Assembly: GCA_964513865.1 (NCBI GenBank)
Contig: CAZENX010000002.1
Span: forward strand, 1 to 40,959
DNA length: 40,959 bases
Reading direction: 5' to 3'
Origin: an uncultured Methanosarcinales archaeon
Lineage (GTDB): Archaea > Nanobdellota > Nanobdellia > Woesearchaeales > PXDW01
This document shows, piece after piece, positions 6,414 through 14,802 of the stretch (within the stretch, counting starts at the first letter, position 1; every line of letters begins with the position of its first letter). Under the pieces are notes generated by a model. The model was given only the letters and a program-made list of their open reading frames with translations. It was not told where the DNA came from and did not search any database. A program made the position numbers and the translations under genes.

Positions 6414-7490
6414 CTAGTTCTCATAAAATTCGTTTATTGAATCATCGTGGTTTATGGTATAAATGATTTTTGCAATAAGTTCTGCTACAGAAACAATTGT
6501 TAACCATGATTTATTCTCTTCAAGATATTCTTTGGAATGCTCAATAGTATCTGTGCTTATTAGTTCATCAAGATATTTATTATTATGTAAATCCCTGAAT
6601 CTTTCTGCTGTTGTTTTTTTCTTTTTAGGATCATCACTTAAAATTGGATGAGCAACAGCTGCTGATATTCTTCTTGCATTTTTCTCTTTAGTACTTACTA
6701 TGGCTTTCTCAAGGGTTCCACCAGTATCCACCATATCATCAACAATTATACAATCTTTTCCTTCAATATCTCCTGAGAATTTTATTACTTCTGTTTTGTT
6801 CGGAATACTATAAGAACGGGTTTTACTTGCAATAGCTGCTTCAACATGGAGTTTATCAGCAAAATATTCAGCTCTTTTGCCTCCTCCAGCATCAGGAGAT
6901 ACAATTACTAAATTATTAAGATCATACTTTTCTCTTATATATCCAAGTAAAATAGGGGTAGCATGAGGAGCTTCTGCTCTTGTATCCTTTGTTTGATAAA
7001 GTTCTCTTATATGTCTGTCGTGCATATCCAAAGCAATTAAATTATTAATATATAGCTTAAGAAACTCTGCAAGCATTCTTGAACTGCAGCATTCCCTTCC
7101 CTGTCTTACGTCTTGTCTACAATAAGCAAAATAAGGTGAAACAAGAATCAGGTCTTTTTTTCTAGGTAACGAGTCTCTTGCTGCGTCCAATGTATGAAAC
7201 ATTTCAATTAAATTCTCATTCACACTTCTCCCAAGAGCCTTATTCTGTGGCATGTCAACAACATAGGTTTCAAATTTTCTTATACTTTCAGGTATCCCAA
7301 CTTTTGTTTCACCATCAGCAAAATCAGTAACTTCTGTATCAATCAATTTGATTATTTGTTCAGAATCAGGCTCTCTTTCTTTTTTTATTTTCAAAAGCGC
7401 TTTATAAAGTTTTTTACCAAAATTTCTGCCTGCTCTAGTGGTAAGAAGTGCTATATCCTCAACAATATATCTATTATGATAATGAACCAA
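6414..7490 (-). CDS. Ribose-phosphate pyrophosphokinase family paralog (divergent)
   Basis: Motifs SPYFAYCRQDVRQ, SPDAGGGKRAEYFADKL and IIVDDMVDTGGT. TTG start preceded by GGGGGT (SD-like) 7 nt upstream. Sits in tandem with the previous prs gene. Confidence 0.7.
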   Translation of the reverse strand: MVHYHNRYIVEDIALLTTRAGRNFGKKLYKALLKIKKEREPDSEQIIKLIDTEVTDFADGETKVGIPESIRKFETYVVDMPQNKALGRSVNENLIEMFHTLDAARDSLPRKKDLILVSPYFAYCRQDVRQGRECCSSRMLAEFLKLYINNLIALDMHDRHIRELYQTKDTRAEAPHATPILLGYIREKYDLNNLVIVSPDAGGGKRAEYFADKLHVEAAIASKTRSYSIPNKTEVIKFSGDIEGKDCIIVDDMVDTGGTLEKAIVSTKEKNARRISAAVAHPILSDDPKKKKTTAERFRDLHNNKYLDELISTDTIEHSKEYLEENKSWLTIVSVAELIAKIIYTINHDDSINEFYEN

Positions 7491-7573
7491 CCTATTACCC
7501 CCACTTCTATGAATAGCTTGTCTTTATAAATATTATTTTACTTGAAAGCATAAGATTTATTATATAAGATAAA

Positions 7574-7582
7574 GTATATAAA
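7574..7582 (+). promoter_or_regulatory. Candidate TATA box (leaderless mRNA for the 7606 gene)
   Basis: GTATATAAA is centred about 27 nt upstream of ATG 7606. Confidence 0.35.
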
Positions 7583-7605
7583 TTCTTAAATATTGCTTCT
7601 TTTAA

Positions 7606-8082
7606 ATGCAGCCTTTAATCATAGGTCTTGACCCTGGAACAACTACAGCTTATGCAATACTTGACTCAAACAGAGATATAATCAAAGTTGCTTCCAGAAG
7701 AAACATAAAATTATCTACAATCATCAGAGATATCATAAGATACGGAAAACCCCTTTTGGTTGGAACAGATAAGGAAAAGATTCCAAGATTAGTGAAGAAA
7801 TTCTCATTAGCAACTGGCGCAAAGATTGTTGGTCCTTTTGAGGATAGAACTGTCAAAGAAAAGAGGTTATCAGCAACTATTAAAACAAAAAATGAGCATG
7901 AAACAGACGCATTGGCATGTGCATTTTACGCTTACGACAAATATGGAAATACCTTTAGAAAAATAAAAAATAATTTGATTAAAAATAACAAAATTGAATT
8001 ACTGGACTATGTCATGGCTATGGTCTTATTAGAGGATATAAATATATATAAAGCTGTAAAGATATTAGAATCTAAACAATAA
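7606..8082 (+). CDS. RNase H-fold (RuvC/YqgF-like) nuclease domain protein, DUF460/COG2433-like, short form
   Basis: N-terminal IIGLDPGTTTAYAILD matches the signature I recall for archaeal DUF460 proteins. Acidic residues follow later (GTDKE, HETDA). Only 158 aa. Confidence 0.5.
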   Translation: MQPLIIGLDPGTTTAYAILDSNRDIIKVASRRNIKLSTIIRDIIRYGKPLLVGTDKEKIPRLVKKFSLATGAKIVGPFEDRTVKEKRLSATIKTKNEHETDALACAFYAYDKYGNTFRKIKNNLIKNNKIELLDYVMAMVLLEDINIYKAVKILESKQ

Positions 8083-8665
8083 AGATCTTACCATTAACTG
8101 CTACAGTTATTTTTTGTTCTAATCTTACTTTTGCTTTATTGTTTATAGGAATACTTTGATAGCTAAGAGGATGTATTACTTCCACATTAGGCTTTATCTT
8201 GCTTACTATTGTCTTATACCTTTTTAAAATCTCAAAATCATCCTTTAATTCAAATGACACTCTTTTATTATTCTCTAAATTTAAGCCAGAGATCTTCTTG
8301 CCTATATTGGTTATCTTAATGTATCTTTTGTTTATCTTAATAACATCATCTTTCTTGAAATCATAGAACCTTAAACAGACGTTTACTCTGTAGATATTCT
8401 TACTTGTTTGCCTGTCTCTGGAATAGAGATGAGGGCTTTTTTTCAAAATACCTCCAAAGTTTTTTTGCAAATCATTTGCTAAGCGCTGCATATACCTTTT
8501 ATTTGTTACATATAAATCTAAACCGAGCTTTTGCTCAACTATCCTGCTTATATTGAATTTCTCAGCATGTTTCTTTAGTTTGTTCTTTATAAAATCTATT
8601 ACTTCCTGTGAAGGGTTTCTTAACTGCAGGATGCCTTCAAAATATTGCTTATTTGAGTCTTTCAT
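8072..8665 (-). CDS. NMD3-family (ribosomal large-subunit export/maturation factor-like) protein lacking the N-terminal Cys4 zinc modules
   Basis: YFEGILQLRNPS matches the NMD3 core motif (yfEaiiQlR). Also GLDLYV and a downstream OB-like part with GDVI-type KKDDVI. Only one Cys in the protein. Confidence 0.5.
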   Translation of the reverse strand: MKDSNKQYFEGILQLRNPSQEVIDFIKNKLKKHAEKFNISRIVEQKLGLDLYVTNKRYMQRLANDLQKNFGGILKKSPHLYSRDRQTSKNIYRVNVCLRFYDFKKDDVIKINKRYIKITNIGKKISGLNLENNKRVSFELKDDFEILKRYKTIVSKIKPNVEVIHPLSYQSIPINNKAKVRLEQKITVAVNGKIFIV

Positions 8666-8724
8666 ATTATGCTTAAAAAAACAAAGGTTTTTATATGTTT
8701 TGTGTAATCCTTGTTCTAGTTTGT

Positions 8725-9333
8725 ATGAAATTAAAAAAATTCAAAAAAATAATGAAGAAGATTTGGTATTTCATATGGGAGGATAACTCTATATGGAGCT
8801 GGCTGGTTAATATTATATTGGCAGTAATAATAATAAAATTCATAGTTTATCCTGTTTTGGGATTAGCTTTAGGAACATCTTATCCTATTGTAGCAGTTGT
8901 TTCAGGAAGTATGGAGCATGATTATGCTTTTGATGAATTTTGGCAGGAAAAAGGAGATTTTTACATAGATTATAATATAACCAAAGAGGATTTTTCAGAT
9001 TTCAGATTTAGAAATGGCTTTAACAAGGGAGATATAATGATTCTTACAAAAGCAACACCAGAAAATATTAAGGTAGGGGATATACTTATTTTTCAGAGCA
9101 CTGCACCAGATCCTATTATACATAGAGTTATATTTAAATGGGAGGAAAATGGCAATCACTATTTTACAACAAAGGGAGACCATAATGATGGGATAAATAC
9201 AAATGTAAAAGAAGATAAGATTAGTAAGGATAGGTTGTTAGGAAAAGCTCGGCTGAGAGTACCTTACCTTGGCTATGTGAAGATAGTTTTTGTCAAATTT
9301 TTAAATATCCTTAAAGGAATTTTTATTAAATAA
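8725..9333 (+). CDS. Signal peptidase I, archaeal/eukaryotic Sec11 type (S26B)
   Basis: A TM helix followed by VVSGSMEHDY (catalytic Ser box), GDILIF, IIHRV and TKGDHN. The track ORF starts at 8695. ATG 8725 fits a TTTTTATAT box near 8684-8692; ATG 8752 is also possible. Confidence 0.75.
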   Translation: MKLKKFKKIMKKIWYFIWEDNSIWSWLVNIILAVIIIKFIVYPVLGLALGTSYPIVAVVSGSMEHDYAFDEFWQEKGDFYIDYNITKEDFSDFRFRNGFNKGDIMILTKATPENIKVGDILIFQSTAPDPIIHRVIFKWEENGNHYFTTKGDHNDGINTNVKEDKISKDRLLGKARLRVPYLGYVKIVFVKFLNILKGIFIK

Positions 9334-9401
9334 GGTGATGGAAATCAGAGATTTCTAGCACCTCTTAAAAATTTCGGAGAAATTTTAAAAAGGTGGTATA
9401 T

Positions 9402-9725
9402 ATGATGTTTTGTCCTAGATGCGGTTCATTAATGGTTCCGAAAAAGGAAGGAGGCAAAAAGGTTCTTGCATGTACTTCATGCAAATACAAGAATAAAAAA
9501 CTAGAGGTTGCTCATTTAAAGGAAAAGATAAAGAAAGAAAAAGATGTAGAAGTCGTTGAAAATCAAGATGAAGGTCTGCCTTTGCCTCTAACAGATGCAG
9601 AATGCCCTAAATGCGGGCATAAAAAGGCATATTTCTGGACAGTTCAGACAAGAGCAGGGGATGAGCCGGAAACCAAATTCCTGAAATGCGCGAAATGCAA
9701 ACACACATGGAGAGATTATAGCTAG
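9402..9725 (+). CDS. tfs: Transcription elongation/cleavage factor TFS (RNAP subunit M-like)
   Basis: N-terminal Zn ribbon CPRCGS...CTSC. C-terminal ribbon CPKCGHKKAYFWTVQTRAGDEPETKFLKCAKCKHTW with the acidic-loop motif. AGGTGGT (SD-like) lies just upstream of ATG 9402, and the track's GTG 9393 falls inside that SD. Confidence 0.85.
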   Translation: MMFCPRCGSLMVPKKEGGKKVLACTSCKYKNKKLEVAHLKEKIKKEKDVEVVENQDEGLPLPLTDAECPKCGHKKAYFWTVQTRAGDEPETKFLKCAKCKHTWRDYS

Positions 9726-9729
9726 TTAA

Positions 9730-9975
9730 ATGGAAATAAAAAATTTTATCTCTAAAAATACTTTGAAAATCTTAGTCAAACCTAATTCTAATAAGACGGA
9801 AATAATTAATATTGACAAAAATAATAAAATAATAAAGGTAAATGTCAAAGCTCCTGCTGATAAAAACAAAGCCAATATAGAAATAATAAAATTCTTTTCA
9901 AAATTATTAAAGAGAAAGGTAATAATCAAGAAAGGGCTTAAATCAAGAGAAAAACTGCTTGAGATTAAAGCTTAA
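9730..9975 (+). CDS. DUF167 (YggU-like) family protein
   Basis: LKILVKPNSNKTEI...VNVKAPADKNKANIEIIKFFSKLL...KKGLKSREKLLEI matches the DUF167 pattern from memory. Confidence 0.6.
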   Translation: MEIKNFISKNTLKILVKPNSNKTEIINIDKNNKIIKVNVKAPADKNKANIEIIKFFSKLLKRKVIIKKGLKSREKLLEIKA

Positions 9976-10966
9976 CTTTCCTTACCTTAATCTTGGCTTC
10001 TTTTATTATTGCTTTTGACAAAGGGTCTTCATAATCCTCATGGTAAACTATCTCTTTAATGCCAGCATTTATTAAAATTTTTATACAGGTAAAGCAGGGG
10101 AAATTTGTGCAATATATTGTAGCATTTTCAACACTAATACCAGAAGAAGCTGCTTGTGCAATTGCATTTTGCTCAGCATGAACTGCTCTTGTTATTTCCT
10201 TGCTTTGCATTGGAGGTATACCCAATTGGTCTCTTAGGCAACCTCCTCTCTCATTGCAGTGTTTCAAGCCACGAGGAGGACCATTATAGCCAGTTGTCAG
10301 AATCTTCTTGTCCTTTACAATAACAGCTCCTACATTTCTACTTAAACAAGTAGATCTTTCTCTAACTAAATAAGCTAACTTCATAAAATACTCATCCCAT
10401 GAAGGCCTTTTTATTCCGATTTCTATCTTCAGGTCTTTTATTATCCTGTTTGTCTTTTTCTTTAACTCTTCTATTGTTGAGTCATTTTTTAGAATAATAT
10501 CTGCCATCTCCTTGCATTTATTTATCTGTAATTCATAAGAAGTTTTGCTTGAGTGCTTTGCATTAAGCTTTTTTATATCCTCATCTTTTTTAGGGTCTTT
10601 TTCTCTTTCTCTGTTTTTGATTCTACTCTGTCTTATTTCCAAAGGTGCATCAACAAATATGAGGGTAAAATCACCTCTTTTTTTTAAAACATTAACCTCT
10701 CCAGGGTTTGCTATGGAACTTATAACATAGTTTTTACCAGGTATAACTTTCTGCAAAACCCTTTCTGCCAATATGCCGGAACCATATCTTTTTCTCAATT
10801 GGTTTCCCAGCTTAATTAAATTGTTTCTTGTTACTTCCTTTCCTTTTTGTTCAAGCTCTTCTCTTAAGATATCTGACAGAGAATAATGAAAGAAGTTTTT
10901 TCTTACAAAGCTGTAAGCTACAGTGTTCTTTCCAGAGCCAGGGTACCCAGATAAGCCAATTATCAT
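9965..10966 (-). CDS. Fusion protein: N-terminal P-loop nucleotide/nucleoside kinase-like domain (UPF0200/dephospho-CoA-kinase-like) and C-terminal dCMP deaminase
   Basis: Walker A is IIGLSGYPGSGKNT, right after Met at 10966. The C-terminal half has VHAEQNAI (zinc/catalytic Glu) and PCFTCIKILINAGI (CxxC). The track's extra 30 N-terminal residues look non-coding. Confidence 0.75.
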   Translation of the reverse strand: MIIGLSGYPGSGKNTVAYSFVRKNFFHYSLSDILREELEQKGKEVTRNNLIKLGNQLRKRYGSGILAERVLQKVIPGKNYVISSIANPGEVNVLKKRGDFTLIFVDAPLEIRQSRIKNREREKDPKKDEDIKKLNAKHSSKTSYELQINKCKEMADIILKNDSTIEELKKKTNRIIKDLKIEIGIKRPSWDEYFMKLAYLVRERSTCLSRNVGAVIVKDKKILTTGYNGPPRGLKHCNERGGCLRDQLGIPPMQSKEITRAVHAEQNAIAQAASSGISVENATIYCTNFPCFTCIKILINAGIKEIVYHEDYEDPLSKAIIKEAKIKVRKVKL

Positions 10967-11377
10967 TTGAAAAAGAAATACCCTGAGATTAAAAAAGGTT
11001 ATTATGATTAAAAGATTATTTTTAATTATATATTTATTAATTACATCCCGCAGCATAGGTCGTGGAAAATAAGCTCTTCTCCTATATCAGAATAAATATT
11101 AGAGCTAAATAAACCATATACTTGTGCATATTTTATGTTTTTTTTCAATCTACTATTCTTCATCTTCTTTTTTGAGATATTTTTTAAGGCTTTTGTTTTT
11201 CTTTTTCTCTTCATAATCAACCATATTCATTTCTGTTTCCTCTTTTTGGTGCTTAGAAAATTACACTCCCAGATGTTAGATATAAAGGTTATATATAAAT
11301 TAAATTAATCTGAAAACTATATTTTATAACTTATTTATTTAATGTCAGTAGAATTTATAAATGTTGTGTCTGCACAG

Positions 11378-11884
11378 TTATTCTTTAATTGTTTTGTTGT
11401 TTTTATCCAGCGAAAAAAGATTTGTCAGATTATGCGAGATAATCTTCCCGTTTTCAGCACTAATCTTCATATTTAAGGTGCTGAACGCTTTGCTTATAAA
11501 AGTAAGGTTCCATAACTCTTCATTTAGATTCTGCAGAATTATAATCTTCTTCTCAGTTTTATGGGCGGGGTAATGCTCTTTCTGGAATCTTTCAGCTATA
11601 TTTAATGCCTTTTCATAAGGAATTTTTACTTTTTTTAAATCAAGTTTTTTCACTATCCCGGATTTTTTAAAAACCTCTTCTTCAGGATTTTTTGTTATAT
11701 TCTCGTTTACACAAAAAGTTACAATCTTATCTTTCTTCTTGCTATAGTACCCAATCTGCCATTCCTGCTTTATGGAAGGGTCTATCATCAGGAATGCATG
11801 CACAAGATAGTACTCTCTATTCTCTTTTCTCCATTCCTTAAATACACCAGAGTCCTCTATTTTTTTAATTAACTGTGAAATCAT
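11378..11884 (-). CDS. Hypothetical protein (168 aa)
   Basis: Long ORF with ordinary composition, and the antisense frames are closed. No motif recognised. Confidence 0.5.
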   Translation of the reverse strand: MISQLIKKIEDSGVFKEWRKENREYYLVHAFLMIDPSIKQEWQIGYYSKKKDKIVTFCVNENITKNPEEEVFKKSGIVKKLDLKKVKIPYEKALNIAERFQKEHYPAHKTEKKIIILQNLNEELWNLTFISKAFSTLNMKISAENGKIISHNLTNLFSLDKNNKTIKE

Positions 11885-11992
11885 ATAAAGATTTTAGTTA
11901 TAGTGATATAAAAAATTATTGGTTAATTATATCTTTTTATACATAAAAATATTTAAATCTATCAATTTTTAGATATTTAACCGGGGTGGATT

Positions 11993-13555
11993 ATGGGGTA
12001 TTCAGATGATGATAAAAAAGTACTTAATTATTTCTTTACTAACATAGACAAGGCTGTTTTTGCAACTAAAAACTTTCATCCAGAGGTATGGGCTTTAATG
12101 CAAGCTCGCTATAGCAGATCAAGAGAAGGACTTAGGCAAAGTTTCTTAAAGCTTTTAAAAGAGGACCCTGAAAATTTTCGAAAATTAAAGGAAGAAATAG
12201 AGAAGACAAAAGGAGGCATGCAGGCAAGGCACGCGACAGAAAAAGCGATTGAATTTATGGAGAAATGGGTTCTCGGCTATGGTCATAGCTCTATAGCTGA
12301 GGGAGCTGTAATAGGTTTGGGTTTAGAAGGAGTAAGCATATTAGTTACAAAGATTATTGAAGATAATAGATTATGCTCTTTTATTGAGAAATCAACAAGG
12401 TATGTTTCTTTTGATAGTAGCTCTTTTTATATTGATCCAAATTTAGAAAAATCAGAACATTATAGGGAAATAAAAGAGCTTTTGGATTTATTGTTCCAGA
12501 CATATAAAGAGTTGCATGAGCCAGTTTTAGAATATATAAAGAAGGTAGCTCCGCTTGAAAAAGACATGGCAGAGGCTGCATGGGAAAGGGCATGCGCTGC
12601 AAGAAGATTTGATGCTATCAGGTATCTTCTTCCTACTTGCACCAAAACAAGTTTTGGATGGACAGTAAATGCCAGACAACTGGCGCATGCTATTTCAAAG
12701 CTATTGTCTCATCCTTTAAAAGAGGCGAATCAAGTAGGGGAACAGATTAAGGAAGAAGCATCAAAAGTGCTGCCTTCTTTGTTGAGGTATGCTGACAAGA
12801 AGGATTATTTTGTAAAGACAAGGAAAGAGATGAGAGACATATCTAAAGAAATTGAGATAGAAGATGAAAATACCAACAGAGTTTCTTTAGTAAAAGGACC
12901 AGAAGATGCAGATGATATTGTTATAGCAGCAATCTTATACAGATTCAAGAAGCAGCCCTTTGAGAAGATAATGGAGAAAGTAAAATCAATGTCTCAGGAG
13001 GAAAAAGAAAAGATATTTGATGGTTATCTGAAAAATATGGGAGATTATGATTACCCAATGAGAGAGCTAGAGCATGCTCAATTCATTTTTGACATTATTA
13101 TAGATTATGGCGCATTCAGGGATTTGCAGAGGCACAGAATCTGCACCCAGACAAACCAGATATTAACCTCTGAATTAGGATATGATGTTTCTAAAGATAT
13201 TGTTGAAGCAGGTTGCGAAGAAAAATACAAAAAAGCCATGGATAAGGCAAAGGAGATTCATGAAAAGATTGTGGATAAATACCCTTTGCAGGCTCAATAC
13301 ATCTTACCATTGGGTTTTAGAAAAAGATACCTTATGACAATGAATTTAAGAGAGATATATCATCTTGTCAAGTTGAGAACAACTCCTCTTGCTCATGATT
13401 CTTATAGAAAGATTGCTTACAAAATATATGATGTTTTCAAGAAAAGATACCCTTTATTAGCGAAGTATATTGTCTGCAATTACTCAAAAGAAGAGCTTGG
13501 AAGATTAAAGGCTGAGGAAAAAACCGAGAAACTAGAAAAGGTAGGTCCGTTATAA
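11993..13555 (+). CDS. thyX: FAD-dependent thymidylate synthase ThyX, long tandem (pseudo-dimeric) form
   Basis: The N-half has DNRLCSFIEKSTRY (residues 124-137), which equals RHRx2Sx4SxRY apart from the first two residues. The C-half has FRDLQRHRICTQTNQ (RHR at 380-382). At 520 aa it is about twice the size of a single-domain ThyX. Confidence 0.75.
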   Translation: MGYSDDDKKVLNYFFTNIDKAVFATKNFHPEVWALMQARYSRSREGLRQSFLKLLKEDPENFRKLKEEIEKTKGGMQARHATEKAIEFMEKWVLGYGHSSIAEGAVIGLGLEGVSILVTKIIEDNRLCSFIEKSTRYVSFDSSSFYIDPNLEKSEHYREIKELLDLLFQTYKELHEPVLEYIKKVAPLEKDMAEAAWERACAARRFDAIRYLLPTCTKTSFGWTVNARQLAHAISKLLSHPLKEANQVGEQIKEEASKVLPSLLRYADKKDYFVKTRKEMRDISKEIEIEDENTNRVSLVKGPEDADDIVIAAILYRFKKQPFEKIMEKVKSMSQEEKEKIFDGYLKNMGDYDYPMRELEHAQFIFDIIIDYGAFRDLQRHRICTQTNQILTSELGYDVSKDIVEAGCEEKYKKAMDKAKEIHEKIVDKYPLQAQYILPLGFRKRYLMTMNLREIYHLVKLRTTPLAHDSYRKIAYKIYDVFKKRYPLLAKYIVCNYSKEELGRLKAEEKTEKLEKVGPL

Positions 13556-13556
13556 A

Positions 13557-14801
13557 ATGGAAGAGCTAAAATCAGATCCTGAAGTAAAAAAGATAATTCA
13601 AAATGAACTAGAGAGACAGAGGAATGAATTAAATATGATTCCATCTGAGAATTATTGCAGCAAAGCAGTTTTAGCTGCTTCTGGTTCTGTTTTGGTAAAT
13701 AAGTATTCAGAAGGCTATCCAAAGAAGAGATACTATCAGGGAAACAGGTTTATAGATGATATTGAGCAGCTTGCAATAGACAGAGCAAAGAAGCTTTTCA
13801 AAGCAGAGCATGCCAATGTTCAGCCAAATTCAGGTTCTCCCGCAAATATGGCTGTATATTTTGCTTTATTGGAAAGAGGAGATAAAGTGTTGGGAATGAA
13901 TCTAAGCCATGGCGGGCATTTGACTCATGGTTCTCCTGTAAATTTTTCAGGGAAGTATTATAATTTTGTTGCTTATGGTGTCGAGAAAGAAACAGAAGTT
14001 TTGGATATGGATAAAATCAGAAAATTAGCAGAGAAAGAAAAACCAAAGATGATTTTAAGTGGATATACAGCTTACCCAAGAACTATAGATTTCAAGGCAT
14101 TTCATGATATTGCTGCTTCTGTTAATGCTTATTCATTTGCAGATATTTCCCATATCGCAGGCTTGATTGTAGGAGATGCTCATCCCTCTCCATTGCCATT
14201 TACAGATGTTATTATGACTACAACACATAAAACTCTAAGAGGACCTCGTTCAGCAATCATTTTATGCAAGGAAAAGTTTGCTCAGCAAATTGATAGGGCT
14301 GTATTTCCCGGTTTGCAAGGGGGACCTCATGAGCATACAATAGCAGCAAAAGCAGTTACTTTTCAGGAAGCAATGAAACCAGAGTTTAGGGCATATACAA
14401 AGCAGATTGTAAAGAATGCAAAAGCTTTGGCTGAAAAGCTTATGTCAGAAAATATTAAACTGGTTTCAAATGGAACAGATACCCATCTTTTATTAATAGA
14501 TTTGATAAATACAAAGGCAATTGGAAAACCGGGAATGGGAAAAGAGATAGCAGTTGCTTTGGAGGAGGCAGGCATTGTTGTAAATGCAAATACGATTCCT
14601 TTTGACCCTTCCACTCCTTTTAACCCTTCTGGTATAAGGTTAGGCACTCCAATATTAACAACAAGAGGAATGAAAGAGCAGGAGATGGAATTAATAGGAA
14701 AATACATGGCAGATATTATCAAAAATTATAAGGATGAAGCCTTAAAGAAAAAAATAAAAGGAAAAGTCTTAGAGCTTTGCAATAATTTTATTTTCTACTA
14801 A
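13557..14801 (+). CDS. glyA: Serine hydroxymethyltransferase
   Basis: Motifs NKYSEGYPKKRYYQG and the PLP-lysine box TTTHKTLRGPR, plus VFPGLQGGPHEH. Confidence 0.9.
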   Translation: MEELKSDPEVKKIIQNELERQRNELNMIPSENYCSKAVLAASGSVLVNKYSEGYPKKRYYQGNRFIDDIEQLAIDRAKKLFKAEHANVQPNSGSPANMAVYFALLERGDKVLGMNLSHGGHLTHGSPVNFSGKYYNFVAYGVEKETEVLDMDKIRKLAEKEKPKMILSGYTAYPRTIDFKAFHDIAASVNAYSFADISHIAGLIVGDAHPSPLPFTDVIMTTTHKTLRGPRSAIILCKEKFAQQIDRAVFPGLQGGPHEHTIAAKAVTFQEAMKPEFRAYTKQIVKNAKALAEKLMSENIKLVSNGTDTHLLLIDLINTKAIGKPGMGKEIAVALEEAGIVVNANTIPFDPSTPFNPSGIRLGTPILTTRGMKEQEMELIGKYMADIIKNYKDEALKKKIKGKVLELCNNFIFY

Positions 14802-14802
14802 G

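Noticed and set aside
10967-11056. The 30-aa N-terminal extension of the kinase::deaminase ORF, and similar extensions of dut (17262..17321) and ispH (40918..40938)
   Set aside because: In each case a Met directly precedes the family N-terminal motif (P-loop, first dUTPase beta-strand, or IspH MxxIILAK). The extensions are hydrophobic or AT-rich translated spacer.
11153-11230. A 25-aa minus-strand sORF (MNMVDYEEKKKNKSLKKYLKKEDEE) with a GAGGA element upstream, in the 320-bp spacer 11057..11377
   Set aside because: It is too short and too low in complexity to support without conservation or expression data. No structured RNA was evident in the spacer either.
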